64,000 bases of DNA from Escherichia phage vB_EcoS_HdH2. Shown piece after piece: positions 16,058-26,265 of the stretch. The stretch lies in sequence record NC_048748.1. One strand, 5' to 3'. Each line of letters begins with the position of its first letter. The stretch's first letter is position 1. A model generated the notes under the pieces. It made no database searches and was not told where the DNA came from. It saw only the letters and a list, made by a program, of their open reading frames with translations. The position numbers and the translations under genes were made by a program.

Positions 16058-17199
16058 AAGAAATCTCCAAATTCATTACCCAGATCTTTCAGAGTATCAG
16101 TAGAGGTCTCAGTTACCTGACCTACACGGTAGGCTGCACCAATCTGGATTTCTTGCGGAGCAGGCTGTAGAGAAGTAGTATCCAACCAGTTCATGATCCA
16201 CGGAATAGGGTTTTTGGTGATTACCGGCAGATTACTTGGCCATTCTACACCGATGTGCATAAATGCATTACGCCCCACAAAGTACAAGTATTCTTCTAGA
16301 AGTTCTGCATTCAAACCGATTAGACTACGACCTTTGAAGATGAAATGACCCCATTCAATTTCAGTTTTCAGAGTTTTCAGGAGCTGTGCTGGTGCTTTAG
16401 CCACTGCTTCATCTACCAGATCTTTGTCAAACTGCTGGAACATAATCTGGATGATTGCTTTAGACATCTGGGTGTGCAGAGCCTCATCTTTAGCGATTAA
16501 TTGCAGGTTCTTAGCAATACCTTGCAGAATATCGTTCTCTGCTAGAGCAAAAGTACATGCAAAGGATGCGTAGAACTGCATTGCTTCCAGACCGTAGATT
16601 GCAAAATAAGCATCTAACAGTTTAGCCTGAGTTTCACGCTTAACTTCAGGGAACTCAGTTTCTGGATATGTATTGTCACCACGATGATCACGTACTGCGA
16701 TGAAATACTGACCTAACTGGTACAGTTCATCGAACAGTTCAACAGAATCTGCGATACGTGCAAATGCTTCTTGGTTTTTAGTTACAGAATCAATAAATTC
16801 TGCTGGATCAGTCAGCACATTACGAATAATATTGCTATAGGCACGACTATGCAGGTCTTCGAAGTAGCTCCACTGCTTTAGCATACCTTCCAATTCTGGA
16901 CGACTTACAAGTGGCATAATAGCTGCTTCAGGCGCTCGACTGATAAAGGAATCAGTTTGAGTCTGCCATGCTAAATTCAGAAGTGTAATTTCCTGAATTT
17001 CACGTGGGAGGTTAGGCCATTGTTTCTTATCGGCTTCTAAACTGATTTCTGTCTCAGTCCAAAATTGAGAGCGTTGCAGAAGTGCCAGACGTTCTAGTTC
17101 TGGATGTGCTACACGTACATAATCTGCGATACCTAGAGAATCGCCCAGGAAAAGATCAGCGTTAGTATGATCCCAATTCAGGTTTAGTAAAGTAGTCAT
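16054..17199 (-). CDS. nrdB: ribonucleotide reductase small subunit (class Ia R2)
   Basis: 381-aa ORF with iron-ligand and tyrosyl-radical region typical of NrdB; adjacent to nrdA. Confidence 0.8.
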   Translation of the reverse strand: MTTLLNLNWDHTNADLFLGDSLGIADYVRVAHPELERLALLQRSQFWTETEISLEADKKQWPNLPREIQEITLLNLAWQTQTDSFISRAPEAAIMPLVSRPELEGMLKQWSYFEDLHSRAYSNIIRNVLTDPAEFIDSVTKNQEAFARIADSVELFDELYQLGQYFIAVRDHRGDNTYPETEFPEVKRETQAKLLDAYFAIYGLEAMQFYASFACTFALAENDILQGIAKNLQLIAKDEALHTQMSKAIIQIMFQQFDKDLVDEAVAKAPAQLLKTLKTEIEWGHFIFKGRSLIGLNAELLEEYLYFVGRNAFMHIGVEWPSNLPVITKNPIPWIMNWLDTTSLQPAPQEIQIGAAYRVGQVTETSTDTLKDLGNEFGDFL

Positions 17200-17269
17200 T
17201 GATTTTCCTCTTTCTCACTATTTCAGGAATATTATAGCAAATCAGGTAGCGATTAGCAAGTAAAATTTC

Positions 17270-17298
17270 AAAGAAAAAGGAGACCCGAAGATCTCCTT
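17270..17298 (-). terminator. rho-independent terminator after nrdA, followed by the nrdB promoter
   Basis: Stem AGGAGA/TCTCCT with 8-nt loop, followed on the minus strand by TTTTTCTTT. Confidence 0.55.
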
Positions 17299-17306
17299 GT
17301 CTTTTA

Positions 17307-19637
17307 TTACAACTGGCAACCACCAGAAGCACAACCCGCTGCTTCTTCACCCGCTCCTCCACCATTCGCAGTGTTGAAGTTTGCGTAGTACCAAGTCTTC
17401 CAACCATATTTAACAGCAGTCATGAAATCACGAACTACTACTGGGCCAGGAATGATTTCATTCTCAAACTTGGTGTAGTCGTAGTACATATTAGTACTGA
17501 TAGACTGGCTGAAGAATTTCTGCATAGTTGCTACCCATTTGATCCATTCAATACGATCCACATCATAAGCCAGTTTATAGCTCATTAAAGTTTCCCAATC
17601 AGTTGCACCTGGGGCAATTGCAATTACTTTATTCACTGCACTACCCTTGATAGATACAATCTTACGAGGTGGTTCAATAGAGTTAGTAACGCCTAACAGA
17701 ACAGAAGAACTTTCTCCCGGCATCTGCGCAGTCAGAACAGAGTTACGCATACCGTACTTCAGAATATCTGCACGCAGAGACTCCCAATCCATTTCTAGAC
17801 CTACTGATACCAGTTCATCAACAGTTTTCTTGTACGTGTCGATTACTAGTATTCCTTTAGATGGTTTAGTACGATCGAACCACTCACATGCACCTTGCTC
17901 TTTGGCTAGACGTACAGAGGCTTTATGCAGGAAGTAAGACAGTTTTTCAGCTTCACGATGGATCCAGTTACGTGCTTCAACGCCTTCATAAGCCAGACCT
18001 TCTGCTGCCATTGCACCTGCTGCGTTCATAAGGCCAATACCAACGTTACGACGTTTCTTAGCTGTATATTCCATAGTTGGGAACGGATAGTCCTGAATTT
18101 CAATGATGGTATCAACGAATTTCAGAAGAATATAGCAAGTCTTTTCCCACTCAGCCAGAGATTCCATGCGTCCTAGTACAACACCACCTAAGTTACACAG
18201 AGATACTTCACCAATATCCTCCGGCTTCATTTGATCAAGTTGTTCTTTTGTTTTATACAGTTCCGTGATATGATGGAACGGACGTGTAGGCTGAGTAATT
18301 TCAACACAAAGGTTTGTCATACGGATCGGATCAAGGAAGTTACCGTGACGATTAGATTCCCCGATGTGGTGAGCATACATACGTCCTGTTTCCATTCGGA
18401 TACGTAGCCAAGTATCTAGGATTTCTTTTGCAGAGACTTTAGGAGCTGCTGGAACTGTTTTTCCTTCGTGGTCGATCTTTGTAAGAGATGCCACACGTTT
18501 CTCCGCTGCCACATAGATTTTTTCAAATTTAGCCTCGTCATCACTATAAAACGCTTCATGAACTTCTGGGGCATAGAAGTATGACATTAGCGTAATATCT
18601 TCATTTTTCAGATAACGTTTTAACAAAAGATTGTTGAAGCTCAGAGAATAATCCATCTTATCGATTTTATTCTCATCTGTAGCACGTTGTTGCTTAACCT
18701 GCATCAACTGAATGATTTCAGGGTCAAAGTAAGGATAAGACACTGTAGCAGAACCACCACGAGTTTGCTGAGTATTGGCCTTTACTGAGCGGTCAATGTG
18801 TCGATAATATGGCAGTTTTCCGGAATGCGGGAATGCCCCATTTCGCACCGGATCAGCAATTGATCGGCTTTCAAGATGATACCCGATTCCCGCTCTGGCT
18901 GCGACCATTTTGAAGACGATGTGCTCGGCTGTGTCGATTGAATCCAATGTGTCAGTGGAATCAACGAGGCAACAACTAGCAAATCCACGGTCACTAGAGC
19001 GCAAGCCAACCAATGGCGGCGTAGGAACGTTGATTTTGTGGAGCGACATTGCATTGTAGAGATCGATTGCATCTAGAATTGTCCAGTTAGGTTGAGATAG
19101 CATCGCCATTGCCATACCCATGTAGGCAAACTGCGGGGTTTCGTAAATTTCGCCAGTTGCGATATTACGACGGGAATACTTATCAAAGAATTGTTTCAAT
19201 CCTCCGCTAGTGAAAAGACGGTCGCGATCATGGTCGATAACCTGATTCAGAGCTTCAAATTGCTCATCGGTAATCCATGCACTCATGTCTTCCCATGCAC
19301 CTACACTAACCATATGATCGTGGAAAAAGCGTAGAGAAGGTGGTTCGAAGGAATCATAAAGGCGTTTACGCATCTGCGCAAGACGTAATTCCTTTGCTGG
19401 CACGTCGTATGCTGGATTATCTTTGATAAGACTTTCAGCAGCTTTAATTAAAGCATCCATCAGAGTGTCGGAATCTACAACCCCTTTAGGCAGAGTTTTT
19501 TGAGCAGCCATAGTAATGGCTGACCAACTTACATCAACTGTTTTGCAACCATACTCTGCCCAACCATTGAGTTTTTCAGGAGCAAAGTCTTCTACAGTAC
19601 CGTCACGTTTAATTACTTTTTCGATGCGATGGCTCAT
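17307..19637 (-). CDS. nrdA: ribonucleotide reductase large subunit (class Ia R1)
   Basis: ATP-cone N-terminus (MSHRIEKVIKRDGT), catalytic Cys regions, C-terminal CxxC tail; start moved to the ATG behind AAAGGAAAG RBS and the promoter at 19665-19720. Confidence 0.85.
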   Translation of the reverse strand: MSHRIEKVIKRDGTVEDFAPEKLNGWAEYGCKTVDVSWSAITMAAQKTLPKGVVDSDTLMDALIKAAESLIKDNPAYDVPAKELRLAQMRKRLYDSFEPPSLRFFHDHMVSVGAWEDMSAWITDEQFEALNQVIDHDRDRLFTSGGLKQFFDKYSRRNIATGEIYETPQFAYMGMAMAMLSQPNWTILDAIDLYNAMSLHKINVPTPPLVGLRSSDRGFASCCLVDSTDTLDSIDTAEHIVFKMVAARAGIGYHLESRSIADPVRNGAFPHSGKLPYYRHIDRSVKANTQQTRGGSATVSYPYFDPEIIQLMQVKQQRATDENKIDKMDYSLSFNNLLLKRYLKNEDITLMSYFYAPEVHEAFYSDDEAKFEKIYVAAEKRVASLTKIDHEGKTVPAAPKVSAKEILDTWLRIRMETGRMYAHHIGESNRHGNFLDPIRMTNLCVEITQPTRPFHHITELYKTKEQLDQMKPEDIGEVSLCNLGGVVLGRMESLAEWEKTCYILLKFVDTIIEIQDYPFPTMEYTAKKRRNVGIGLMNAAGAMAAEGLAYEGVEARNWIHREAEKLSYFLHKASVRLAKEQGACEWFDRTKPSKGILVIDTYKKTVDELVSVGLEMDWESLRADILKYGMRNSVLTAQMPGESSSVLLGVTNSIEPPRKIVSIKGSAVNKVIAIAPGATDWETLMSYKLAYDVDRIEWIKWVATMQKFFSQSISTNMYYDYTKFENEIIPGPVVVRDFMTAVKYGWKTWYYANFNTANGGGAGEEAAGCASGGCQL

Positions 19638-19779
19638 TTGGCTTTCCTTTTTATAGTTATCAGGATTTAAGGAATATTCTACTTTATTATTGGTCATTAG
19701 GCAAATAAAATTTTCTGATAGAAAAGGCCCGAGTATTTTCATACCCAGGCCCTGTATATTACCAGTCTAGCTTTTTAGC

Positions 19780-20070
19780 TTATTCAATTACTTTAGCTCT
19801 AGCTACTTCTTTTAATAGAATATCTATGGAGGTGCTCAGCTCGTTATAATTGAATGGTTTATTTGGATTTGAGGTTACAATTTTCCACGCTAGGGTTGTC
19901 TTAGGACTTTCTTCCCCTTCCTTACGTGTAATCATATTAGCAGCACTCAGTGAAGTACGATGTATTTTAGTTTTACGGCTCAGATGAACGACGTTTTCCA
20001 TATTACACCTTCCCCATGTCTTTAAAAATATCATAGAATGCTTTAGACTCAACAGAACGAACGTTATCAA
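19780..20070 (-). CDS. hypothetical protein (96 aa)
   Basis: ORF overlapping the phoH 3' end in another frame; weakly supported. Confidence 0.3.
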   Translation of the reverse strand: MITFVLLSLKHSMIFLKTWGRCNMENVVHLSRKTKIHRTSLSAANMITRKEGEESPKTTLAWKIVTSNPNKPFNYNELSTSIDILLKEVARAKVIE

Positions 20071-20755
20071 TCAATTCGATCATTGAGAATGGAGCATTTT
20101 CATATTTCTCATAAACTTCCATAAGAAGTGCTAGACCTGAGTCACCTTTAATGTCTTTCTGAGCTATATCCCCGCAGATAATTAAACGGCAGTCTTGTCC
20201 TACACGAGTTAGGAGACAAACCATTGCCTCAACGGAAATATTCTGAGCTTCATCGACAATTACATAGGAGTTGTTGAAAGTTCTGCCACGAGCATGTTCT
20301 ATAGCCAAAAATTTAATTTTCTGACGTTCGACATATCCCTTATAGGCATGATCACCGATGGCCCATTTCATACCATCAGCTATTGGCTCTAACCAAGGCT
20401 CTAGCTTTTCTGCTAGATCACCAGGAAGCATACCAAGAGACTTACCTAGAGGTTCATTAGGACGTACGAGGATCACTTGCTCAATATCTGAGTGAATGTC
20501 TATGAGTTCCTGAGCTGCAAGAACAGACGGGATAAAGGTTTTACCAGTACCTGGCTCACCAATACCCACAGTCACTGTGTTGTTCTTGATCATATTGATA
20601 TATGATTTTTGCTCGCGGTTTTTACCTACTAGGGATTTAGCAACTGGGTTAGCGTAATCATTAGAAAAATCAGCCTGAATTACGTTATTCTCATATTTGT
20701 TGCCACGCTTTCTTGAACCATTGCGGTTCTCTCTTTTTTGACGTGCTTTTCCCAT
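20003..20755 (-). CDS. phoH: PhoH-like ATPase
   Basis: Walker A GEPGTGKTF, Walker B VIVDEAQN; start at ATG (MGKARQ) behind AGGAG RBS and the promoter at 20815-20870. Confidence 0.75.
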   Translation of the reverse strand: MGKARQKRENRNGSRKRGNKYENNVIQADFSNDYANPVAKSLVGKNREQKSYINMIKNNTVTVGIGEPGTGKTFIPSVLAAQELIDIHSDIEQVILVRPNEPLGKSLGMLPGDLAEKLEPWLEPIADGMKWAIGDHAYKGYVERQKIKFLAIEHARGRTFNNSYVIVDEAQNISVEAMVCLLTRVGQDCRLIICGDIAQKDIKGDSGLALLMEVYEKYENAPFSMIELIDNVRSVESKAFYDIFKDMGKV

Positions 20756-21049
20756 AAATAACACTCCTATAGTGTACTTCGCTAACAGAGGATCAACAAA
20801 AAGATCTTGTTTATCAACTTACAAATATATTATACCAATATGTACAGTAAAAAGCAACTACAATTTTAAATAAGCCTATGATATTGCATTTAAATAAAAA
20901 ATTTGCTTGCTTTTAACGTGAGATGTGTGATACTAGATAATCATTTTATATCGCGTGCACGAGTGCGTGATTATACAATTTTTAATAGAGATTGGCAAAT
21001 AAAATTTTTTGACTCAGATCATGTTACAGAACTTTATAGTAAAATATTG

Positions 21050-21078
21050 TTGACATCCGCCCTCGAATGAGTTATAAT
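21050..21078 (+). promoter_or_regulatory. consensus sigma70 promoter (TTGACA, 17 nt, TATAAT) upstream of nrdD
   Basis: TTGACA at 21050-21055 and TATAAT at 21073-21078; RBS GAGAAGGAGAG precedes ATG 21108. Confidence 0.65.
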
Positions 21079-21107
21079 AGTAGTCTTAGTTAGAGAAGGA
21101 GAGTATA

Positions 21108-23079
21108 ATGAATCGCAATGAAGAACTAAAGTATAAAGAAATGCAGGCGTTAATTAGAAACTGCAAAGAGATTATCGAAGGGTCAGCAGATGAAGAGCTG
21201 CTGTTTAATAATGCCAATAAACCCTCAGAACGTTTCCCTACACAAAGGGATATGCTTGCAGGTGAATTGAGTAAGTATCTGATTCTAGAAGAAATGCCAA
21301 TTCAGATTCGAAATGCTCATATGATTGGGGATATTCATTTCCATGATGCTGATTATGCTGCATTAGGCATGACTAACTGTTGCCTGGTAGCTCTGGAAGA
21401 TATGTTGAAGAATGGTATGAAGGTTGGTAATGCTGAAATTAGCACTCCAAACTCTATCACTACTGCGGCGGCTATCACTGCTCAGATTATCACTCAAGTT
21501 AGCTCCCATCAGTATGGTGGTACTTCTGTAGACCGATTAGATGAAGTATTGGCTCCTTATGTTCGTAAGTCTTATGATAAGAATCATGCGTTTGCAAAAC
21601 GTTGGACTAAGGATGAAGCCAAAGCATCCGTAATGGCTACGGAGATGACTGAAAAAGAAGTCTATGATGCTTGTCAAGGTTTAGAATATGAAATCAATAC
21701 CATGTTCAACTCTAATGGTCAGAGCCCATTTATTACCTTTGGTTTTGGTCTAGGGACTTCTTGGGAAGCTCGTCTAGTACAGAAAGCAATACTGAAAGTA
21801 CGTATGGATGGTTTAGGTATCAATAAACGTACAGCTATCTTTCCGAAACTGGTGTTTGTTCTGCGTGATGGCGTAAATATGAAGCCAGGAGATGTTAATT
21901 ATGACATCAAGAAGTTAGCTATGAAATGTACTGCTGAACGTATGTATCCCGACTATATCAGCTACGATAAGGTTGTGGAAGTTACTGGTGACTATAAAGT
22001 TTCTATGGGCTGCCGTTCATTCCTAGCTGCTACAGAAGATGGTGAAACTGCAGGTCGTAATAACTTAGGTGTTGTTTCTGTAAACTTGCCTAGAATTGCT
22101 ATCGAAGCTGAAGGGAATATTGATCTATTCTTTGATTTGCTTGAGCTACGTGTGGATACAGCGTTAAAAGCATTGGAGTGGAGAGTTGATCGCTTAAAAT
22201 ACATTCAAGCTAAAGCCGCGCCCATCCTCTATATGTCAGGAGCCTTTGGGTTACGCTTGGGGCCTGATGAATATGTATTCGATCATTTCTATAACCGTGC
22301 TTTTATGCAGGTCTCGGACATTGTGTCTACATCTTTGCCAAACATGAACTGTAGCATTTCATGGCAACCAATATACCCTAGAGATACAGAAGCACCGTTC
22401 TGTATCTCTAGGGTATATTGGTTGCCATGAAATGCTACAGTTCATGTTTGGCAAAGATGTAGACACAATGTCCGAGACCTGCATAAAGTTTGTTCAGCGT
22501 GTATTGCAGTACATGCGAGATAGAGTCGATCAGAAGAAGGAAGAAACTAAGTTAGGTTATAGCCTGTATGCTACACCATCAGAATCCCTATGTGACCGTT
22601 TTTGTCGTCTAGACCGGGAATATTTCCCGGAGCATGAAGATATTCTGTCCAAAGGATACTACACTAACTCTCACCACCTTGATGTGGAACGTAAAGTTGC
22701 TCCTAACGTGAAATTTGATTATGAATCTAACTTTACTCCTATTGCTTCTGGTGGGTGTATTTCCTATGTAGAACTACCGGATATGAAACGATTCCCAGAT
22801 GCACTGGAATGGGTTATTAATTATGCTGCTAGTAAAGTTCATTACTTCGGTATTAATACTCCAGTGGATTCTTGTGGTAAATGTGGATTCTTAGGTGAAA
22901 CAATAGCATCCGAAGATGGGTTTAAGTGCCCTATCTGTGGTAATCATGACCCAGAAACTCTTGAAGTAACTCGTCGAGTTTGTGGATATCTTGGAAATCC
23001 AGGTGCTCGTCCATTTAACCCTGGCAAACAGCACGAGGTTATGGGCAGGGTGAAACACCAGGATATTCGAGCTAAATAA
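21108..23079 (+). pseudogene. nrdD: anaerobic ribonucleoside-triphosphate reductase gene, reading frame interrupted at 22391-22487 by an inverted duplication
   Basis: ORF 21108-22430 carries the NrdD N-terminal and core regions; ORF 22432-23079 carries the glycyl-radical motif RVCGYLG and a CxxC/CPICG zinc ribbon; deleting 22391-22487 (97 nt) joins the two in frame into about 624 codons. Confidence 0.75.
22302..22487. repeat. perfect inverted repeat: two 89-bp arms (22302-22390 and 22399-22487) around an 8-nt loop AGCACCGT
   Basis: Right arm is the exact reverse complement of the left arm as read base by base; left arm is in-frame nrdD coding sequence, right arm introduces a TGA. Confidence 0.9.
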
Positions 23080-23121
23080 GATAATCAGCCGGGTTGCTAG
23101 TCGACCTGGCTTTTATTTTAT

Positions 23122-23150
23122 TTGCTTTCAGCCAAAAATTTATATATAAT
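23122..23150 (+). promoter_or_regulatory. P-N25-like early promoter
   Basis: TTTGCTTTCAG...TATATAATAGATTTATAAATTTGAGAGG, near-identical architecture to the promoter at 29861-29915. Confidence 0.65.
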
Positions 23151-23177
23151 AGATTTATAAATTTGAGAGGAGAGTAT

Positions 23178-23537
23178 ATGGAACTAAAGCCATTTATTGT
23201 TGTATCTAAGTTAGGACATTATCACTTAGGAGTAGATACTATTCAGGAAGCTATTTTTGCTGCTACAGGTGATTACTCATTACTAGAAGGTATTGGATAT
23301 CCTACATTACTAGGTGACTTTGTAGAGCAAGAATTAGATATTACTGTTTATAATCCTATATATGAAGAACCTGAAGACTTAAAAGAGACCCTAGAATTTG
23401 TATATTGGAACCACCTGCAAGTGTTTAATGTTACCTCTAATGGCACAGAGGATTTCTCTTCTGTTATTAAACATCATATTAAGCAGGTTTACTACGATTA
23501 TTTCTATGAGGATATTGGAACGGAGCTAAAAGTATGA
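23178..23537 (+). CDS. hypothetical protein (about 119 aa)
   Basis: Start at ATG (MELKPF) behind GAGAGGAGAG RBS, downstream of the promoter at 23122. Confidence 0.55.
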   Translation: MELKPFIVVSKLGHYHLGVDTIQEAIFAATGDYSLLEGIGYPTLLGDFVEQELDITVYNPIYEEPEDLKETLEFVYWNHLQVFNVTSNGTEDFSSVIKHHIKQVYYDYFYEDIGTELKV

Positions 23538-23737
23538 AAAACGTAAAACATCTTAAATATCGCTTAATTTACAACGGACGTATGGAAACAGAAGACCTGG
23601 CCCAGTTAGCTATTAATTCTAATGAGGTTATAGTGCGTGCGCTGGCAATTGAAAAGTTGCGTGCTTCTTATGAAAATCGTGTTATGGAACTAGAGGAGAA
23701 ACTTTATGGCATTCTCGAAGCCGATGCTACCAGATAA
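23534..23737 (+). CDS. hypothetical protein (67 aa)
   Basis: Overlapping start/stop with neighbours in a compact operon. Confidence 0.45.
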   Translation: MKNVKHLKYRLIYNGRMETEDLAQLAINSNEVIVRALAIEKLRASYENRVMELEEKLYGILEADATR

Positions 23738-23927
23738 GGGTTTAAACTCCGTTTTGGAAAACGCATTAATGCAGCACTGGGAAACTGGCTATAAGGATGG
23801 TGTTGAATCCTGCGCTACTATGCTAGAAGTTATTGCTAATACCTTAATGGAGAAAGACAATAAAGAATTAGCTGAGCTATTAGACAGTATTGGGCAAAAC
23901 TTCAGAGAACAGGTGAAAAATGCGTAG
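23706..23927 (+). CDS. hypothetical protein (73 aa)
   Basis: ORF in operon; no recognisable domain. Confidence 0.4.
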   Translation: MAFSKPMLPDKGLNSVLENALMQHWETGYKDGVESCATMLEVIANTLMEKDNKELAELLDSIGQNFREQVKNA

Positions 23928-24744
23928 ATTAATTATTATTAGCGGTGCAGGTTTGAGTGTTGAAAGTGGCGTACGAGCTTTTCGTACTGATACTGCTAGT
24001 GGTAAAGCACTGTGGGATGATTATGATCTAGAAGAAGTATGTAATATTCATGCCTTTCGTGGTAATTTTTATCATAAAACCCATATGTTTTACAACAAGC
24101 GTCGTGAAGAGTTAGAAACTGTTGAACCTAATCTTGCACACTTGCGTATTGGTGAATGGTATAAGAAATATCCGGGTCAAGTAGTAAATTTGACTACTAA
24201 CGTTGATGACCTTATTGAGCGTGCTGGTGTTCCGCATAGTGACATTTTGCATATTCATGGATATTTAAAAGAGGTTGTTGTAGCTGACAGCTACAATAGT
24301 AGCAATAAACGAGTTATTGATGTTGGGTATAGCTCTATTGACCCAGATGATTATAAATGGGCTAAACCTAATGTAATCTTCTTTGGTGAGCATGCTCCAG
24401 CGTACGCAGAAATGTACAATATTTTTGATGGTATTACCAGTCAAGATATGATCGTTGTGGTTGGTTGCTCTAACCAAGTAATTAACTTCTACTGGGAATT
24501 ATTTCCTGTTCTTAATTTGACTGCTGCCAAATTAATGGTAGTTAACTACTATGATAGTGCCCTAGCGACAGAGCCAGGCTATCAAGGTATGACTCGTAGT
24601 GAGATGTACCAGCTGGAAGAACGCGGTATCCCTTACTGGAGTAAAGGGGCTGTAGATGCCTTCAGTGACCCTGATTTTATTGCTCGTGTAGAAGCTCATC
24701 TAGAGGGTAGACCTTATATGCCGGGGAAACAAATATGTCCATAA
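23920..24744 (+). CDS. SIR2/sirtuin-family protein lacking the zinc-ribbon cysteines
   Basis: Sirtuin motifs IIISGAGLSVESGVRAFR, NVDDLIERAG, HIHGYL; no CxxC pairs. Confidence 0.55.
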   Translation: MRRLIIISGAGLSVESGVRAFRTDTASGKALWDDYDLEEVCNIHAFRGNFYHKTHMFYNKRREELETVEPNLAHLRIGEWYKKYPGQVVNLTTNVDDLIERAGVPHSDILHIHGYLKEVVVADSYNSSNKRVIDVGYSSIDPDDYKWAKPNVIFFGEHAPAYAEMYNIFDGITSQDMIVVVGCSNQVINFYWELFPVLNLTAAKLMVVNYYDSALATEPGYQGMTRSEMYQLEERGIPYWSKGAVDAFSDPDFIARVEAHLEGRPYMPGKQICP

Positions 24745-24917
24745 TTAAATCTGTGTATACACACCCTGATGATATATTTGTATGGGCGGACGGTAGTTGG
24801 TGCTATCGCTGTGAGTTGTGGGAAATGGACTATAAATCCGATGACTATGGTGTTATATATGTGGATACGGTTGAGTATGATACGTTCTTAGAAAGGAACA
24901 AAAATGGAAATAAGTAA
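24735..24917 (+). CDS. hypothetical protein (60 aa)
   Basis: Short ORF overlapping neighbours. Confidence 0.35.
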   Translation: MSIIKSVYTHPDDIFVWADGSWCYRCELWEMDYKSDDYGVIYVDTVEYDTFLERNKNGNK

Positions 24918-25410
24918 TACTCCAATTATTTTTCTAGACATTGATGGGGTGCTCAATTCGAGCATCTCCCACCATCATGCACCTGATGATGAAAAGATTT
25001 TCTTTGGAAGTGACTGGGTTTTCAAACCGCTTCTCAAGGCTTTTCAGGACTTTATTCGTCCTTCTCCGATAATGATTGTTGGAGTATCCTCATGGTTCTC
25101 TGTCAGGAATGAGATGGAGAACGTTCAGATTATGACCGGATTAGGTCTTATCGATCGTTTTCTTGGTACAACGGATTTTACTGGTGGTGGGCTATCTAGG
25201 GGTAATTCTGTTCTTCGCTTCGTTGAAAAGCATAAGCTCAAACATTGGTGTGTGCTGGATGATGCCGGTGCTATGATGTATCAGTATCCAACGGTTATAG
25301 TCAATGGTAGAACAGGAATAAATCTTCAGGATTTAAAAGCTGTTAGCTATATGCTAGAATTTAGCCCAGATCTTGAAATGTGTAAATCCTTACAACAATT
25401 TAAGGTGTAA
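24904..25410 (+). CDS. HAD-superfamily hydrolase-like protein
   Basis: HAD motif I FLDIDGVLN near the N-terminus and acidic motif VLDDAG. Confidence 0.45.
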   Translation: MEISNTPIIFLDIDGVLNSSISHHHAPDDEKIFFGSDWVFKPLLKAFQDFIRPSPIMIVGVSSWFSVRNEMENVQIMTGLGLIDRFLGTTDFTGGGLSRGNSVLRFVEKHKLKHWCVLDDAGAMMYQYPTVIVNGRTGINLQDLKAVSYMLEFSPDLEMCKSLQQFKV

Positions 25411-25412
25411 AT

Positions 25413-25841
25413 ATGTTCAATAATGTATTCTCTAAAGAAGCTAACCCAATTTTGGTTAACTTTTGGCGTACTCTCCCGGCTAGCCTGTATAATGAGGCTA
25501 TTAACTCCTTGAAAATATGGTGTGAGAATAACGAAATCTCCTTTGCTTTTAAAGATGATATTGATGAGGCCCCCTGTATTGGTTTAATTGTTCAGGTAGA
25601 GGAGGGTCTTGAAGAAATTGTCGGCTGGAAAGAGTTAGATGAAATGGGCTTAGTTTTTGCGTTAAACTATAAGCTGTTTATGCCTGCTAAGCATCGCCTC
25701 GTTGTTAACTATAAAACCAGTGAATCTCCTGGCTTTCAAGTTAATGAACATTACGGTTGGTCTTACTCACCGGAAGAAGTAAATGAGGGGATTCAGAAAC
25801 TTCGACGTTTCGGGTATATGATCCCAGGTTTAACCGCCTAA
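25413..25841 (+). CDS. hypothetical protein, paralog 1 of a tandem pair
   Basis: Shares DDPCIG, GW(K/N)ELxxMGLxxALN and C-terminal GYxxPGL motifs with the next ORF. Confidence 0.5.
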   Translation: MFNNVFSKEANPILVNFWRTLPASLYNEAINSLKIWCENNEISFAFKDDIDEAPCIGLIVQVEEGLEEIVGWKELDEMGLVFALNYKLFMPAKHRLVVNYKTSESPGFQVNEHYGWSYSPEEVNEGIQKLRRFGYMIPGLTA

Positions 25842-25850
25842 GGGGGCACA

Positions 25851-26243
25851 ATGGAACAAGTATATTGGCGTCAGATTGATCCTAGTTTGGTGAAGCGTGC
25901 GGAGAAGCTGCTACAACGTTGGTTGGTGGTAAGACAAGCCTCCTTCACTTTTCCGGAGCAGCAAACGGATGATCCATGCATTGGCGTTTTCCTGTCTGGA
26001 TATGCCGGGGAGTGGGAATTGGATTGGAATGAATTGTCTGCTATGGGCTTGATTGTTGCCCTAAACTTCTCTATATTCCATCCACGTGGTTTGGCCATAT
26101 GTCGTGTGCCTGATGACGGTTGTTCGCCCCATCTTTTACAGGTGGAAGATGATATTTGGGAGTACACTCCAGGTATTCTCAAAGAAGCTAAAGAACAATT
26201 AAATCGTGTTGGGATCTATGTTCCGGGGCTAAATGATGAATGA
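25851..26243 (+). CDS. hypothetical protein, paralog 2 of a tandem pair
   Basis: Same motif set as 25413-25841. Confidence 0.5.
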   Translation: MEQVYWRQIDPSLVKRAEKLLQRWLVVRQASFTFPEQQTDDPCIGVFLSGYAGEWELDWNELSAMGLIVALNFSIFHPRGLAICRVPDDGCSPHLLQVEDDIWEYTPGILKEAKEQLNRVGIYVPGLNDE

Positions 26244-26265
26244 GTTTTATTAGCTGAACTCTGAT

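Noticed and set aside
17162-17407. Minus-strand ORF (81 aa) bridging nrdA and nrdB
   Set aside because: Covers the nrdA terminator hairpin and the nrdB promoter and overlaps both genes; explained by regulatory sequence.
71-20870. Recurring 50-nt motif considered as a possible CRISPR array or dispersed repeat element
   Set aside because: Copies are not regularly spaced, each sits immediately upstream of a gene or tRNA, and each contains -35 and -10 hexamers with 17-nt spacing; they are promoters.
22302-22487. Group I intron or homing-endonuclease insertion in nrdD
   Set aside because: The insertion is only 97 nt and is an exact reverse-complement copy of the preceding coding sequence, with no intron-like structure or endonuclease ORF.
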